DNA of 48,697 bases from Clostridia bacterium (GCA_051866635.1 JBJDXJ010000025.1:1-48697); one strand, 5' to 3'. Shown: positions 22,210-32,332, counted from the first letter of the stretch. The notes: generated from the letters alone by a model not told the origin. A program made the numbers and translations.

Positions 22210-22473
22210 TTGCCTAACATTAAGTCCGCAAAGAAGAGAGTGCTCGTTATCGAAACAAAGACACTCCAGAACAGAATGACAAAGTCTGCTATTAAGACAG
22301 CTCTTAAGAAGTTTGAAGCTGCTGTTGAAGCAGGTGATAAGACTCTTGCTACAAGTGAATTCACATATTGTGTAAAGAAGCTTGACCAGGCTGCAGCAAA
22401 GGGTGTATATCATAAGAACACAGTAAGCCGCAAAAAGTCTCAGCTTGCAACAAAGCTTGCTAAAATGGCGTAA
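22210..22473 (+). CDS. rpsT: 30S ribosomal protein S20
   Basis: (M)PNIKSAKKRV...LDQAAAKGVYHKNTVSRKKS; TTG start after GGAGGTG. Confidence 0.97.
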   Translation: MPNIKSAKKRVLVIETKTLQNRMTKSAIKTALKKFEAAVEAGDKTLATSEFTYCVKKLDQAAAKGVYHKNTVSRKKSQLATKLAKMA

Positions 22474-22538
22474 ATTTTTAAGCGTCTTTCACGATTGGAC
22501 TTGCTCAAAAAAGTTTTAAAAAATTTTCAAAAAAACTG

Positions 22539-22567
22539 TTGACAAATGATAAAGAGTATGTTATATT
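22539..22567 (+). promoter_or_regulatory. sigmaA promoter of the tRNA pair
   Basis: TTGACA, 17 bp spacer, TATATT with TG extension and an A-rich UP element. Confidence 0.75.
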
Positions 22568-22585
22568 GTAAAAGTCGCTGGAAAT

Positions 22586-22661
22586 GCTGGCGTAGCTCAA
22601 TTGGCAGAGCAGCTGATTTGTAATCAGCAGGTTGCGGGTTCGAGTCCCATCACCAGCTCCA
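22586..22661 (+). tRNA. tRNA-Thr(TGT)
   Basis: Cloverleaf; anticodon arm GCTGA-TTTGTAA-TCAGC; GGTTCGAGTCC; encoded CCA. Confidence 0.95.
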
Positions 22662-22710
22662 TAAGTTCACGGTGTCATAAGTGGCACCGTGAATATTTAA
22701 CTTAATATTT

Positions 22711-22795
22711 GGGAGAGTTCCCGAGTGGCCAAAGGGGGCAGACTGTAAATCTGTTGTCACTGACTTCGGTGGTCCGAATCCACCCTCTCCCACCA
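22711..22795 (+). tRNA. tRNA-Tyr(GTA)
   Basis: GGGAGAG/CTCTCCC acceptor stem, CAGA-CTGTAAA-TCTG anticodon arm, long variable arm, encoded CCA. Confidence 0.95.
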
Positions 22796-22833
22796 ACAAG
22801 AAAACCTCATCGTCACTGGTGGGGTTTTCTTGT
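22796..22833 (+). terminator. Hairpin/terminator after tRNA-Tyr
   Basis: ACAAGAAAACCTCA / TGGGGTTTTCTTGT inverted repeat. Confidence 0.6.
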
Positions 22834-22868
22834 TGGTAAGAGGATCATTTAATTGGGAGGTACAAAGA

Positions 22869-23345
22869 ATGAGCATAGAAAAAGTAAGAGCATATTTTAA
22901 AGAATTTAATATGGACGATAAAATTTCGGAGTTTGAAGTGTCCAGTGCCACGGTGGAGCTGGCGGCAAAAGCTTTGGGCTGTGAACCTTGCCGTATTGCA
23001 AAAACCTTGTCATTCCAGATGGACGAGGGCTGTATTCTGATTGTATGTGCAGGGGATGTTAAAATTGATAACCCTAAATTCAAGGCACAGTTTAATACAA
23101 AGGCAAAAATGCTTCCCTATGACACGGTGGCAGAATTAACGGGACATGCTGTAGGCGGTGTATGCCCCTTTTGTGTAAATGAAGGCGTTAAGATATATCT
23201 TGACGAAAGCTTAAAGAGGTTTGAAACTGTTTATCCTGCGGCAGGAAGCAGTAACAGTGCTATCTGTCTTACAATCCCCGAGCTTGAGGAGCACAGTAAT
23301 TATACCGCTTGGATAGATGTGTGCAAATTGCCTGCAGAAAATTAA
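22869..23345 (+). CDS. YbaK/EbsC family aminoacyl-tRNA editing protein
   Basis: SSATVELAAKALG, IAKTL, LTGHAVGGVCPF, YPAAGS. Confidence 0.9.
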   Translation: MSIEKVRAYFKEFNMDDKISEFEVSSATVELAAKALGCEPCRIAKTLSFQMDEGCILIVCAGDVKIDNPKFKAQFNTKAKMLPYDTVAELTGHAVGGVCPFCVNEGVKIYLDESLKRFETVYPAAGSSNSAICLTIPELEEHSNYTAWIDVCKLPAEN

Positions 23346-23382
23346 AAAATAAGGGTTTTTCGTGGAAAAGCCCTTATTTTTT
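23344..23382 (+). terminator. Intrinsic terminator
   Basis: AAAAAATAAGGGTTTT / AAAGCCCTTATTTTTT. Confidence 0.75.
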
Positions 23383-23401
23383 GCCAAAAACACAGTTTTA
23401 C

Positions 23402-23430
23402 TTGCAATTTGCACAAATTTATGATAGAAT
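23402..23430 (+). promoter_or_regulatory. sigmaA promoter of the opp operon
   Basis: TTGCAA, 17 bp spacer, TAGAAT with TG extension. Confidence 0.6.
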
Positions 23431-23471
23431 TAACGTTGGGTTATTATGAAAATTTATAAGGGGTGTAAATC

Positions 23472-24401
23472 TTGAACTCAAAAACACTTAAGTATATCAT
23501 AAAAAGAATACTTTTAGCTATTGTAACTGTATGGATTGTTATTACGGTTACCTTCTTTGTAACACGTGCCGTTCCCGGCGGTCCATTCCAGAGCGAAAAG
23601 ACTATGACTGCACAAACACAGGCAATGCTTGAAGCGAAGTACGGTCTTGATAAGCCCGTTATGGAACAGTATGTTACATATCTCACTGATGTTGTAACAA
23701 AGTTTGATTTCGGTCCCTCTCTTAAAAATAGGGGCAGAAGCGTTTCCGATATTATTGTTGACGGCTTTAAAACAAGTATGCCTCTCGGCCTTTGTGCGGC
23801 AGGTATTGCCCTTGTAACAGGCGTTATTTTAGGTGCTGTTGCGGCTTTAAGGCGAAATAGGCTTATTGACAAAATTATTATGGTTTTCACAACCGCATTT
23901 GTGTCAATGCCTTCCTTTATCATGGGCTCACTTCTTCTTATACTGTTTGCAATAACCTTCCCCATATTTCCGGCAAACGGTACTACCACCAGGGGGTTAA
24001 TACTGCCTGTTATAACACTTGCACTTTATCCTGCGGCATATATTACACGACTTACACGTTCCTCAATGCTTGACGTTTTGGGACAGGACTATATCCGTAC
24101 AGCCCGTGCAAAAGGCGTAAGCCCTAAGGGTGTTGTTTTTAAGCATGCACTTAAAAATTCCCTTATTCCTGTTGTAACATATTTCGGACCTATGCTTGCC
24201 TATATTGTTACAGGAAGTTTGGTGGTTGAAAAGATTTTTTCTGTTCCCGGCATAGGCAGGTCCTTCGTTTCCAGTATTACCGACCGTGACTACCCTGTTA
24301 TTATGGGTACAACAATTGTTCTTGCAACACTTATCGTTGTTATGAATCTTGTCAGCGACATTTTGTATAAAGTAATTGACCCCAGAATTAATCTTGAATA
24401 A
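23472..24401 (+). CDS. oppB: Oligopeptide ABC permease
   Basis: PGGPF, YGLDKP, DFGPS, DYIRTARAKG, KHALKNS, RDYP. Confidence 0.93.
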   Translation: MNSKTLKYIIKRILLAIVTVWIVITVTFFVTRAVPGGPFQSEKTMTAQTQAMLEAKYGLDKPVMEQYVTYLTDVVTKFDFGPSLKNRGRSVSDIIVDGFKTSMPLGLCAAGIALVTGVILGAVAALRRNRLIDKIIMVFTTAFVSMPSFIMGSLLLILFAITFPIFPANGTTTRGLILPVITLALYPAAYITRLTRSSMLDVLGQDYIRTARAKGVSPKGVVFKHALKNSLIPVVTYFGPMLAYIVTGSLVVEKIFSVPGIGRSFVSSITDRDYPVIMGTTIVLATLIVVMNLVSDILYKVIDPRINLE

Positions 24402-24414
24402 GGAGGCAGAAAAA

Positions 24415-25470
24415 ATGAATAAAAAGTTTTCTATGCACGTGGATCTTGAAAAGTTTATTCCTGCTTCCGAACAGGAGAAGGAATATCTTGTAAAAATGCG
24501 TCCGTCCTCCACTTTCTTTAAAGACGGCGTGAAACGACTTCTTAAAAACAAAATAGCAACAATATCTATGATTGTTGTTATTCTTATAACGCTGGCATCA
24601 ATAATCCTTCCGATGGTATGGCCCTATGCATATGACCAGATGCTTGGTAACGTGCCCGGAAAGCCTGTGGACAACTCTTACAGTAACCTTGCACCTTTTG
24701 AATACGGTACAACCGAGCAGAGGCTGATTGAATCAGGGGAGAGTGTGTTCCCTCACCTTTTCGGTACAGATAAACAGGGCAGAGATTATTTCATCCGTGT
24801 TGTTTACGGTACAAGAATTTCTCTTGCGGTAGGCTTTTTTGCCAGCCTTATCGTACTTGTTATCGGTATGACCATCGGTTCAATTGCAGGTTACTGCGGC
24901 GGCAGGGTGGATTTGGTGATAATGCGTATTGTGGATATTATTTATTCACTGCCCGATATGCTTATAATTATCCTTCTTTCAGCAGTTTTAAAGGTGACCT
25001 TGGCTTCCGTTATCGAAGGCACCATTCTTGCAAAAATCGGCAGTAACATCATAAGCTTGTTCATTGTATTCGGTACACTTTACTGGGTGTCAATGTCAAG
25101 ACTTATCCGCGGTCAGATTTTGTCCCTTCGTGAGCAGGAATATGTTCTTGCCGCAAAAAGTATGGGTGCAAAGGGCAGTTGGATTATAACAAAGCACCTT
25201 ATCCCAAACTGTATCAGTGTTGTTATTATTTCAACAGCACTCCAGATTCCCAATGCTATTTTCACAGAAAGTTATCTTTCGTTCTTAGGTCTTGGCGTTA
25301 ACGCACCTATGCCTTCATTAGGTTCTCTTGCCTCCGATGCTTTGATGGGTATATACACATATCCCCACAGATTGGTTATTCCGGCAATTGTAATTTCACT
25401 TATCGTTTTATCCCTTAATCTTTTAGGCGACGGTTTAAGAGACGCCTTTGACCCGAAATTAAACAGCTAA
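24415..25470 (+). CDS. oppC: Oligopeptide ABC permease
   Basis: HLFGTDKQGRD, GTRISL, EYVLAAKSMGA, ESYLSFLGLG, GDGLRDAFDP. Confidence 0.93.
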   Translation: MNKKFSMHVDLEKFIPASEQEKEYLVKMRPSSTFFKDGVKRLLKNKIATISMIVVILITLASIILPMVWPYAYDQMLGNVPGKPVDNSYSNLAPFEYGTTEQRLIESGESVFPHLFGTDKQGRDYFIRVVYGTRISLAVGFFASLIVLVIGMTIGSIAGYCGGRVDLVIMRIVDIIYSLPDMLIIILLSAVLKVTLASVIEGTILAKIGSNIISLFIVFGTLYWVSMSRLIRGQILSLREQEYVLAAKSMGAKGSWIITKHLIPNCISVVIISTALQIPNAIFTESYLSFLGLGVNAPMPSLGSLASDALMGIYTYPHRLVIPAIVISLIVLSLNLLGDGLRDAFDPKLNS

Positions 25471-25483
25471 GGAGGAGATTAAA

Positions 25484-26497
25484 ATGGCATTATTGGAAGT
25501 AAACAATTTACGAACCTCCTTCTTTACAGATGCAGGTGAGGTAAAGGCCGTCAACGGTGTTTCCTTCTCCTTGGAAAGAGGTAAGGTATTAGGTATAGTG
25601 GGCGAATCAGGCTCCGGTAAGAGCGTTACCGCCTACTCGATTATGCAAATTCTTGCTCCCGCAGGCAAAATTGTTGGGGGCAGTGTAAAATTAGACGGAC
25701 AAGAGCTTATCGGAAGCAGCGAAAAGGTTATGAAAACCGTTCGCGGCAACAAGGTGTCCATTATTTTCCAGGATCCTATGACTTCTCTTAACCCCACTTA
25801 CACTATCGGTTCTCAGCTTGTGGAGGCGGTGCTTCTCCACACGGACCGTGACAAAAAGGCGGCTTATGAAAGAGCTGTTGAAATGCTCCGTCTTGTAAAC
25901 GTTAACGAACCTGAAAAGCGTATGAAGCAGTACCCTTTTGAGCTTTCAGGCGGTATGCGTCAGAGAGTTATGATAGCAATGGCTCTTGCTTGTGAGCCTG
26001 ATATTCTTATTGCCGATGAACCTACAACAGCTCTTGACGTTACAATACAGGCACAGATACTTGAGCTTATGCAGTCACTCCAGAAAGAGTTGGGCATGGC
26101 TATTATTATGATTACGCACGACCTTGGCGTTGTTGCACAGATGTGTGACGAGGTTATCGTTATGTATGCAGGCGGTATCTGTGAACAGGGCAGTGCAGAC
26201 GAAATTTTCTACAACCCTCAGCATGAATACACAAAGGGTCTTATGCGTTCCCTTCCTTCTGCGGCAACTGCCGGCACACGCCTTCAGCCCATTACAGGTA
26301 CGCCTATTGACCTTTTGAATATGCCAAAGGGCTGTGCATTTGCCCCCAGGTGTGACAATGCAATGAAGATTTGTATTGAACAGGCGGCAGATTGCATCGA
26401 GTTAAACGAAAATCACAAGAGTGCATGCTGGATGTGTGTGAAAAATCAGATTGACTTAGGCAGAATTTCAGTTGAAGGCGGTGAAGCAAATGAATAA
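25484..26497 (+). CDS. oppD: Oligopeptide ABC ATP-binding protein
   Basis: [28 protein letters not shown]-terminal GCAFAPRC. Confidence 0.93.
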   Translation: MALLEVNNLRTSFFTDAGEVKAVNGVSFSLERGKVLGIVGESGSGKSVTAYSIMQILAPAGKIVGGSVKLDGQELIGSSEKVMKTVRGNKVSIIFQDPMTSLNPTYTIGSQLVEAVLLHTDRDKKAAYERAVEMLRLVNVNEPEKRMKQYPFELSGGMRQRVMIAMALACEPDILIADEPTTALDVTIQAQILELMQSLQKELGMAIIMITHDLGVVAQMCDEVIVMYAGGICEQGSADEIFYNPQHEYTKGLMRSLPSAATAGTRLQPITGTPIDLLNMPKGCAFAPRCDNAMKICIEQAADCIELNENHKSACWMCVKNQIDLGRISVEGGEANE

Positions 26498-27473
26498 TGA
26501 CAATAAGCCTTTAATTGAAGTCAAGGGTCTTAAAAAATACTTTGACATAAATACAGGCATGTTTCAAACGAAGCATCTTAAGGCTGTTGACGATGTTTCC
26601 TTTGCTGTTAAAAAGGGCGAAACCTTAGGTCTTGTAGGTGAATCGGGCTGCGGTAAAACAACTGTGGGACGAACACTTCTTCACCTTTATAAGCCTACAG
26701 CAGGCGAGGTTATTTATAACGGCAAAGCCTTGAAAACAAAAGGCGATATTAAGGAATTCAGAAAGAGGGCAACAATGGTTTTCCAGGACCCTTATTCATC
26801 TCTTAACCCGAGAATGACAGTGTCCGATATTATCGGTGAACCTTTGGATGTGCATAAAATGTACAAGTCCAAAAAGGAAAGGGAAGAAAAAATCCTTGAA
26901 TTAATGGGCTATGTGGGTCTTAACAGCGAACATGCCTCCCGTTATGCCCATGAATTTTCAGGCGGTCAGAGGCAGAGAATAGGTATTGCCCGTTCTCTTG
27001 CTTTAAATCCTGATTTTATCGTATGCGATGAACCTGTAAGTGCCTTGGATGTGTCAATTCAGGCTCAGGTTATTAATATGTTTGAAGAATTGCAAAGCAA
27101 AATGGGGCTTACCTATCTTTTTATAGCTCACGATTTACTTGTTGTGAGACATATAAGCGACAGAATTGCCGTAATGTACTTAGGCAGAATGGTTGAGCTT
27201 GCCGATGCAAAGGAAATTTACGAAAGCCCCGTTCACCCTTATTCCAAATCCCTTCTTTCGGCAGTGCCTGTGCCTGACCCGAAGATCGCAAGGGAAAATA
27301 AGCGTATTATCCTTACAGGTGATATCCCGTCACCTTTGAATGCACCCTCAGGTTGCCCCTTCAGAACAAGATGCCCCTATGCAACAAAGGTGTGTGCTGA
27401 AACCATGCCGGAGTTTAAGGAAATATCCAAGGGTCACTTTGTGGCATGTCACAGGGCAGAGGAACTTAATTAG
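26490..27473 (+). CDS. oppF: Oligopeptide ABC ATP-binding protein
   Basis: [43 protein letters not shown]. Confidence 0.93.
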   Translation: MNNDNKPLIEVKGLKKYFDINTGMFQTKHLKAVDDVSFAVKKGETLGLVGESGCGKTTVGRTLLHLYKPTAGEVIYNGKALKTKGDIKEFRKRATMVFQDPYSSLNPRMTVSDIIGEPLDVHKMYKSKKEREEKILELMGYVGLNSEHASRYAHEFSGGQRQRIGIARSLALNPDFIVCDEPVSALDVSIQAQVINMFEELQSKMGLTYLFIAHDLLVVRHISDRIAVMYLGRMVELADAKEIYESPVHPYSKSLLSAVPVPDPKIARENKRIILTGDIPSPLNAPSGCPFRTRCPYATKVCAETMPEFKEISKGHFVACHRAEELN

Positions 27474-27520
27474 TTTTTAAACCTTGCAGGTTTAAGATAA
27501 AAAAGAAAGGATGAAAAATT

Positions 27521-29296
27521 ATGAAACTCAAAAGAATTTTAGCCCTTGCATTGTCTCTTGTTATGGTCATTGCAATGGCAGGTTGCGGCAATGGCGGCAA
27601 CAGCACAGATCCCACAGCGGCATCTAAGGAGCAGGTTATCAATGTTTGTCTCGCTTCCGAACCTAACAGCCTTGACCCTGCACTTAACACTTCACTTGAC
27701 GGTTCTATAATGGCTATCCACCTTTTTGCAGGTCTTTCAAAGTGGGATAAAGACGGTAAGACTATCCTTCCCGACCTTGCAGAAGAACTTCCCGAAGGTG
27801 TTGTAAATGAAGACGGCACAGTAACATACACTTACACACTTAAAGAAGGTCTCCTTTGGTCTGACGGTCAGCCCTTCACAGCAAAAGATATTGAATTTAG
27901 CTGGAAGAGAGCCGCAGACCCCGAAACAGCCGCTGAATACGGCTACATGTTTGAAGTTGTTAAGGGTTACAACGAAGGTGAACTTGCAGTTACAGCTCTT
28001 GACGAAAGAACATTGGAAGTAACACTTTACAATGCTGTAAGCTACTGGAATGAACTTCTTGCATTCCCCACATATATGCCTGTGCGTGAAGATGTAGTAG
28101 CAAACGAATCCTGGGCTACAGATCCTTCCACATATGTATGTAACGGTCCTTACAAGATTACTTCATGGAAGCACGATTCACTTATCGTTCTTACAAAGAA
28201 TGAAAACTATCACGATGCGGCAAATGTAACAATGCCTGTTATTAACTGTTACCTTTCCGATGATGACTCCAACATGCTTGCAAACTTCAAGAATGGTTCC
28301 TGGCAGCTTATCGACACTCTTCCCATTGACGAAATGGAATCACTTAAAGCTCAGTACGGTGACGAATTCCAGATAATCGGTCAGCTTGGCACATACTTTG
28401 CATGCTGGAACGTAAACGAAAACCTTCTTCCTGCATCAAGCACACTTGAAGGTGCCGAAAAAGAGGCGGCTCAGTCTGAAATCCGTTATGCACTTGGTCT
28501 TCTTCTTGACCGTAACTATATCGTAAATAACCTTTCTCAGGCAGGGGAACTTCCCGCTTCCACATTTGTTCCCATGGGTCTTACAGACTGTGACGGTTCT
28601 GAATTTTACAAGAATACAGGCGTAAGCGACTCCTTCACAGGCTACTTTGATGTAGACAACGTTGAAGGCAACTATCAGGAAGCTCTTGAAATCCTCAAGA
28701 AGTACTACACATATGATGAAGCTACAGGCAAGTTCACAGATATGCCTTCTCTCACATATATCTACAACACAACAACTACTCACCAGGCAATCGGTGAATA
28801 TATTCAGAACTCCTTTGAAAACGTTGGTATGGGCATCCAGCTTCAGAACCAGGAATGGAGTACATTCATCGACACACGTAACAGTGGTGACTTCTCCATT
28901 TCAAGACACGGTTGGACAGCCGACTATAACGACCCCATCTCATTCCTTGACATGTGGGTATCCTTCTCCGGTAACAACGACGCTCAGTTCGGTAAGGGTG
29001 AACATGCAAATCTTAAGGCTTACTCCATTGACCTTACACCCTTCGGCTATGACATAGTTGTTGAAAACGGAACATGGGCTGAAACATACGACAAGCTTAT
29101 CTCTGTTATTAAGTCTTGCACAGACAGTGAAACACGTTACAAGCTTATGCACTATGCAGAAGACATGATTATGGCTACAGGCTGTCTTACTCCCATCTAC
29201 TACTACACAGATGTATTCATGATTGATGACTCTGTAAAGAACTTCTTTACTAACCCTCTCGGTTATAAGTACTTTATGTACACAACAGTAGAATAA
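27521..29296 (+). CDS. oppA: Oligopeptide ABC substrate-binding lipoprotein
   Basis: Lipobox MAGC, EPNSLDPA, WSDGQPFTAKD, NGPYK, GWTADYNDP. Confidence 0.92.
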   Translation: MKLKRILALALSLVMVIAMAGCGNGGNSTDPTAASKEQVINVCLASEPNSLDPALNTSLDGSIMAIHLFAGLSKWDKDGKTILPDLAEELPEGVVNEDGTVTYTYTLKEGLLWSDGQPFTAKDIEFSWKRAADPETAAEYGYMFEVVKGYNEGELAVTALDERTLEVTLYNAVSYWNELLAFPTYMPVREDVVANESWATDPSTYVCNGPYKITSWKHDSLIVLTKNENYHDAANVTMPVINCYLSDDDSNMLANFKNGSWQLIDTLPIDEMESLKAQYGDEFQIIGQLGTYFACWNVNENLLPASSTLEGAEKEAAQSEIRYALGLLLDRNYIVNNLSQAGELPASTFVPMGLTDCDGSEFYKNTGVSDSFTGYFDVDNVEGNYQEALEILKKYYTYDEATGKFTDMPSLTYIYNTTTTHQAIGEYIQNSFENVGMGIQLQNQEWSTFIDTRNSGDFSISRHGWTADYNDPISFLDMWVSFSGNNDAQFGKGEHANLKAYSIDLTPFGYDIVVENGTWAETYDKLISVIKSCTDSETRYKLMHYAEDMIMATGCLTPIYYYTDVFMIDDSVKNFFTNPLGYKYFMYTTVE

Positions 29297-29306
29297 TCTT
29301 AAAAGT

Positions 29307-29345
29307 AAATCCCCAAGGTTCACATTGTGTTCCTTGGGGATTTTT
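29307..29345 (+). terminator. Intrinsic terminator after oppA
   Basis: AAATCCCCAAGG / CCTTGGGGATTTTT. Confidence 0.8.
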
Positions 29346-29425
29346 GCATATTAACGGAAAATATTAGAAAAGAATGAAAATAATGCAACTTTTTACCCCT
29401 TTGAAAGGTATTATATACGTAAACC

Positions 29426-29454
29426 TTGACAAGTTTAAAATATTAATATATAAT
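29426..29454 (+). promoter_or_regulatory. Consensus sigmaA promoter of the LCP gene
   Basis: TTGACA, 17 bp spacer, TATAAT. Confidence 0.8.
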
Positions 29455-29499
29455 CACAATGTGGTAATGTAGGCTGATGTTATTTCGGAGACGATAAAT

Positions 29500-30420
29500 A
29501 TGAATGTTAAAAAATATCTTTTAATAGTATGTGTGGCGACTCTTATTTTTACAGTTTTTGCGGCAGGCATATTGGCGTACAATTGGTTGTATACCCCATT
29601 CAGCATGGGGGCAAATCTGCCTGACGGAAGCGTGGATGACTATGTTGAAGGGTTGACTGCAGTTGAAAAAAGTACGCCTTATAATATATTGGTTTTAGGT
29701 GTTGACGTTGAAGCAAGGCTGACGGATGTTATGATGCTTTGCCAAATTGACCCTGTTGACCATAATGTTAAAATCCTGTCTGTTCCCCGTGATACAAGGG
29801 TTAAAGTAAACAACAGAACCGTGAAGATTAATGCATCCTTTAACATGGGCGGCGTTGAACAGGTTGTTAAAAGTGTAAAAGGGCTCACAGGGCTTCCCAT
29901 TCACTACTATTTCATGATTGATACAAAGGCGTTCCGTGAAACTATTAATGCTTTGGATGGTGTGGATTTTGATGTGCCCAGGGATATGGACTACGAAGAT
30001 CCCCTTCAGAACTTGTATATTCACCTTAAAAAGGGTTATCAGCATCTTGACGGCAATCAGGCAGAACAGCTTGTACGTTTCCGTCGTTATGCAAACGGTG
30101 ATATTGACCGTATAGCAGTTCAGCAATCTTTCCTTCAGGCGATTGTTGACCAGAAGCTTTCCGCAAAGTATGTGGCAAAAATTCCGGAAGTGTATTCGAT
30201 TATTTCCAGTAATTCCAGCACAAATATGCGTCCTATCGACATGCTTAATTCAGGTAAACAGCTTCTTGCAGTTCCTAAGGAAAACTTTAAAACCTTTACC
30301 GTTCCCGGTGAAGGCAAGATGATAGGCGAAGTTTCTTACTATGTTCATTACAGTCAGGAGCTTGAAGAGCTTATTGCAACAGAGTTTGTAGGCGGCCCTA
30401 CCGAAGTAACAGCTGAATAA
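29500..30420 (+). CDS. LytR-CpsA-Psr (LCP) family cell-wall polymer ligase
   Basis: N-terminal TM, NILVLGVD, TDVMML, LSVPRDT, KINAS, VRFR, GDIDRI..QQ. Confidence 0.93.
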   Translation: MNVKKYLLIVCVATLIFTVFAAGILAYNWLYTPFSMGANLPDGSVDDYVEGLTAVEKSTPYNILVLGVDVEARLTDVMMLCQIDPVDHNVKILSVPRDTRVKVNNRTVKINASFNMGGVEQVVKSVKGLTGLPIHYYFMIDTKAFRETINALDGVDFDVPRDMDYEDPLQNLYIHLKKGYQHLDGNQAEQLVRFRRYANGDIDRIAVQQSFLQAIVDQKLSAKYVAKIPEVYSIISSNSSTNMRPIDMLNSGKQLLAVPKENFKTFTVPGEGKMIGEVSYYVHYSQELEELIATEFVGGPTEVTAE

Positions 30421-30424
30421 ATTC

Positions 30425-30449
30425 AAAAAAGGGGCTTTTCGGCCCCTTT
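30425..30449 (+). terminator. Probable terminator
   Basis: AAAGGGGC-TTTTCG-GCCCCTTT. Confidence 0.6.
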
Positions 30450-30559
30450 ATATTTTAACAACCTGTAAATAAAGGAATGTGTAGAATATCAGGTATTGAC
30501 AAAGTCATAATTTATAGGATATAATCAAGAACAAGAGCTTTTTGAAAGGAACGGTAATT

Positions 30560-31138
30560 ATGAAAAAATGGCAAAAAATTATAGTTGCCGTTATTGTAAT
30601 ATTCGGCGTTATTGTATGCGTTAAAAGCTGTTCCGATAAAAAGGAAGCGGACATCATCTTGGCATATATCGGCAGTGATTTTGTTGATTATAACGCTTTT
30701 GATGAAAACAGTGCATCTCTTGAAGAAGTCTGCATAGATGTGAACGGAGACGGCGAAAAGATTGTGGAAGTGATGGAAATATCATTTAACAATTCTTTAA
30801 ATCAGGCAGATTTGCAAAACTCTTCCCAAAAAATGGCACGTGCCGTAGGTGCAGGGGTGGCAAGGGTGTATCTTTTGGAAGAAAGTTTTGTTATAAATAA
30901 CGCTTCAAAAGGTGTGTTCTGTGACTTGTCAGCTTTGGGTGACGGCTTTAAAAATTCAGATGGCGAAGTCGTGGCAATAAATGTTGAAGGCAACAAAAAG
31001 GTTGAAAAAATGGGCATAAACACAAAGAACTTATACATGGCTGTGCGTATTGTAAGTGAAATTGACACTGTAAGTGATAAAAACATTGATTTAAAGCATC
31101 AATGTGCTATGAATATAGCAAAATATATTTTAAGTTAA
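30560..31138 (+). CDS. Hypothetical membrane-anchored or lipoprotein
   Basis: MKKW plus hydrophobic helix ending in KSC; DVNGDGE (DxDxDG-like) motif; TTGACA-N18-TATAAT at 30496-30525 upstream. Confidence 0.7.
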   Translation: MKKWQKIIVAVIVIFGVIVCVKSCSDKKEADIILAYIGSDFVDYNAFDENSASLEEVCIDVNGDGEKIVEVMEISFNNSLNQADLQNSSQKMARAVGAGVARVYLLEESFVINNASKGVFCDLSALGDGFKNSDGEVVAINVEGNKKVEKMGINTKNLYMAVRIVSEIDTVSDKNIDLKHQCAMNIAKYILS

Positions 31139-31182
31139 TTAAGCGAAAGCTTAGTATATATGAAAGAAAAGAGGTAATTGAA

Positions 31183-31536
31183 ATGATTACAGCATTAGCA
31201 GACACAGGTGCGGCGGCATCTTCAACAGGTGGCGTAAGTGCAATGAGTGGTACATTAATCTATTTGGTGATTATGGTTGCTATTTTCTACTTCCTTCTTA
31301 TCCGCCCCCAGAAGAAGCGTGAAAAGGAAACAAGAAGAATGCTCAACGACATGCGTAAGGGTGACGAAGTTGTTACAATCGGCGGAATTATGGGCAACAT
31401 AGTTAACATCAAGGATGACAGCGTTGTTATCGAAACCGGTGCAAACAAGACAAAGATTACTTTTGAAAGAAGTGCAATTAAGTCTGTTCTCACCCTTCAC
31501 GATGATGAAGACGAGTATGAGATAGAAGAAAATTAA
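31183..31536 (+). CDS. yajC: Preprotein translocase subunit YajC
   Basis: IFYFLLIRPQKKR, KGDEVVTIGGI.G, RSAI. Confidence 0.95.
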   Translation: MITALADTGAAASSTGGVSAMSGTLIYLVIMVAIFYFLLIRPQKKREKETRRMLNDMRKGDEVVTIGGIMGNIVNIKDDSVVIETGANKTKITFERSAIKSVLTLHDDEDEYEIEEN

Positions 31537-31544
31537 GAAAGTCT

Positions 31545-31582
31545 AAAGAAGCTGTTGGAAAAATTTTCCGACAGCTTCTTTT
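31545..31582 (+). terminator. Hairpin/terminator after yajC
   Basis: AAAGAAGCTGTTGGAA / TTCCGACAGCTTCTTTT, abutting the next gene's SD. Confidence 0.65.
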
Positions 31583-31594
31583 AGGAGACGGAAT

Positions 31595-32218
31595 ATGGAA
31601 ACTTTCGGTGAAAGATTATACAAGCTGAGGAATAATTCTGCTCTTACAAGGGAACAATTGGGACGTTTAATAGACAAGAGCGAAACGGTTATTGAAGCAT
31701 ACGAAACAAATTACGCAAAGCCCGATGTGTTTACTTTAATACGCACGGCACAGATTTTCGGTGTAAACGAAGACTATATGGCGTGCATGACAGACGACCC
31801 CGCTGTAAATGAAAACCTTTTTATTAAGGAGGTTTTCGTGGTGAAGTCCCTTGAAAGAGGAAGCGGCATCCCTAAAATGGAGGATGTTGTAGGTTCGGTT
31901 TTTGTACACAGACAGGAAATGCGTGGCGATGATTATTACGCTATTTACGCTCCCGATGACTCCATGATTAAATCCAGAATACAAAAAGGCGATGTTCTTC
32001 TTGTAAGGCGGCAAACATATGCAAATGACGGGGACATTGTTGTTGCGTTAATAGGAACAGAGAAAGAAATTGTCCGTCGTTACCGCCGTGAGGGCAATAC
32101 GGTAATTCTTGCAAGCGATACTCCAAGGTGCGGTTTTGAAACTAAAAAGATTGACCTTACAGAAGAAAAGTTCATTATTTCAGGCGTAGTTGAAAAGATT
32201 ATAGTAAATTTAAAATAA
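31595..32218 (+). CDS. XRE-family HTH regulator with a degenerate S24 peptidase domain
   Basis: FGERLYKLR...LTREQLG...YE HTH; C-terminal DDSM...GDVLLVRRQ..A.DGDIVVAL; lacks the Ala-Gly site and catalytic Lys. Confidence 0.8.
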   Translation: METFGERLYKLRNNSALTREQLGRLIDKSETVIEAYETNYAKPDVFTLIRTAQIFGVNEDYMACMTDDPAVNENLFIKEVFVVKSLERGSGIPKMEDVVGSVFVHRQEMRGDDYYAIYAPDDSMIKSRIQKGDVLLVRRQTYANDGDIVVALIGTEKEIVRRYRREGNTVILASDTPRCGFETKKIDLTEEKFIISGVVEKIIVNLK

Positions 32219-32232
32219 AAGTAAAAAAATGC

Positions 32233-32261
32233 TTGCAAAATAAAATAAAGTGTGTTAATAT
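32233..32261 (+). promoter_or_regulatory. sigmaA promoter of rplS
   Basis: TTGCAA, 17 bp spacer, TAATAT with TG extension. Confidence 0.6.
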
Positions 32262-32274
32262 GTTATGGCAAACG

Positions 32275-32309
32275 TAGCGGTCCTCTGCAGAACCTTCGCA
32301 TGAACGCAT
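32275..32309 (+). ncRNA. Putative ribosomal protein L19 leader
   Basis: GCGGTCCTCTGC...GCATGAACGC bulged hairpin in the rplS 5' UTR; resembles the Firmicutes L19 leader as recalled, not searched. Confidence 0.5.
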
Positions 32310-32332
32310 AAAAACAGAAAGGAAGTGTAACG

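Noticed and set aside
29384-29411. TGCAAC-N17-GGTAT, a possible ECF-sigma promoter upstream of the LCP gene
   Set aside because: The -10 lacks the conserved CGT, and a perfect sigmaA promoter nearby already explains expression.
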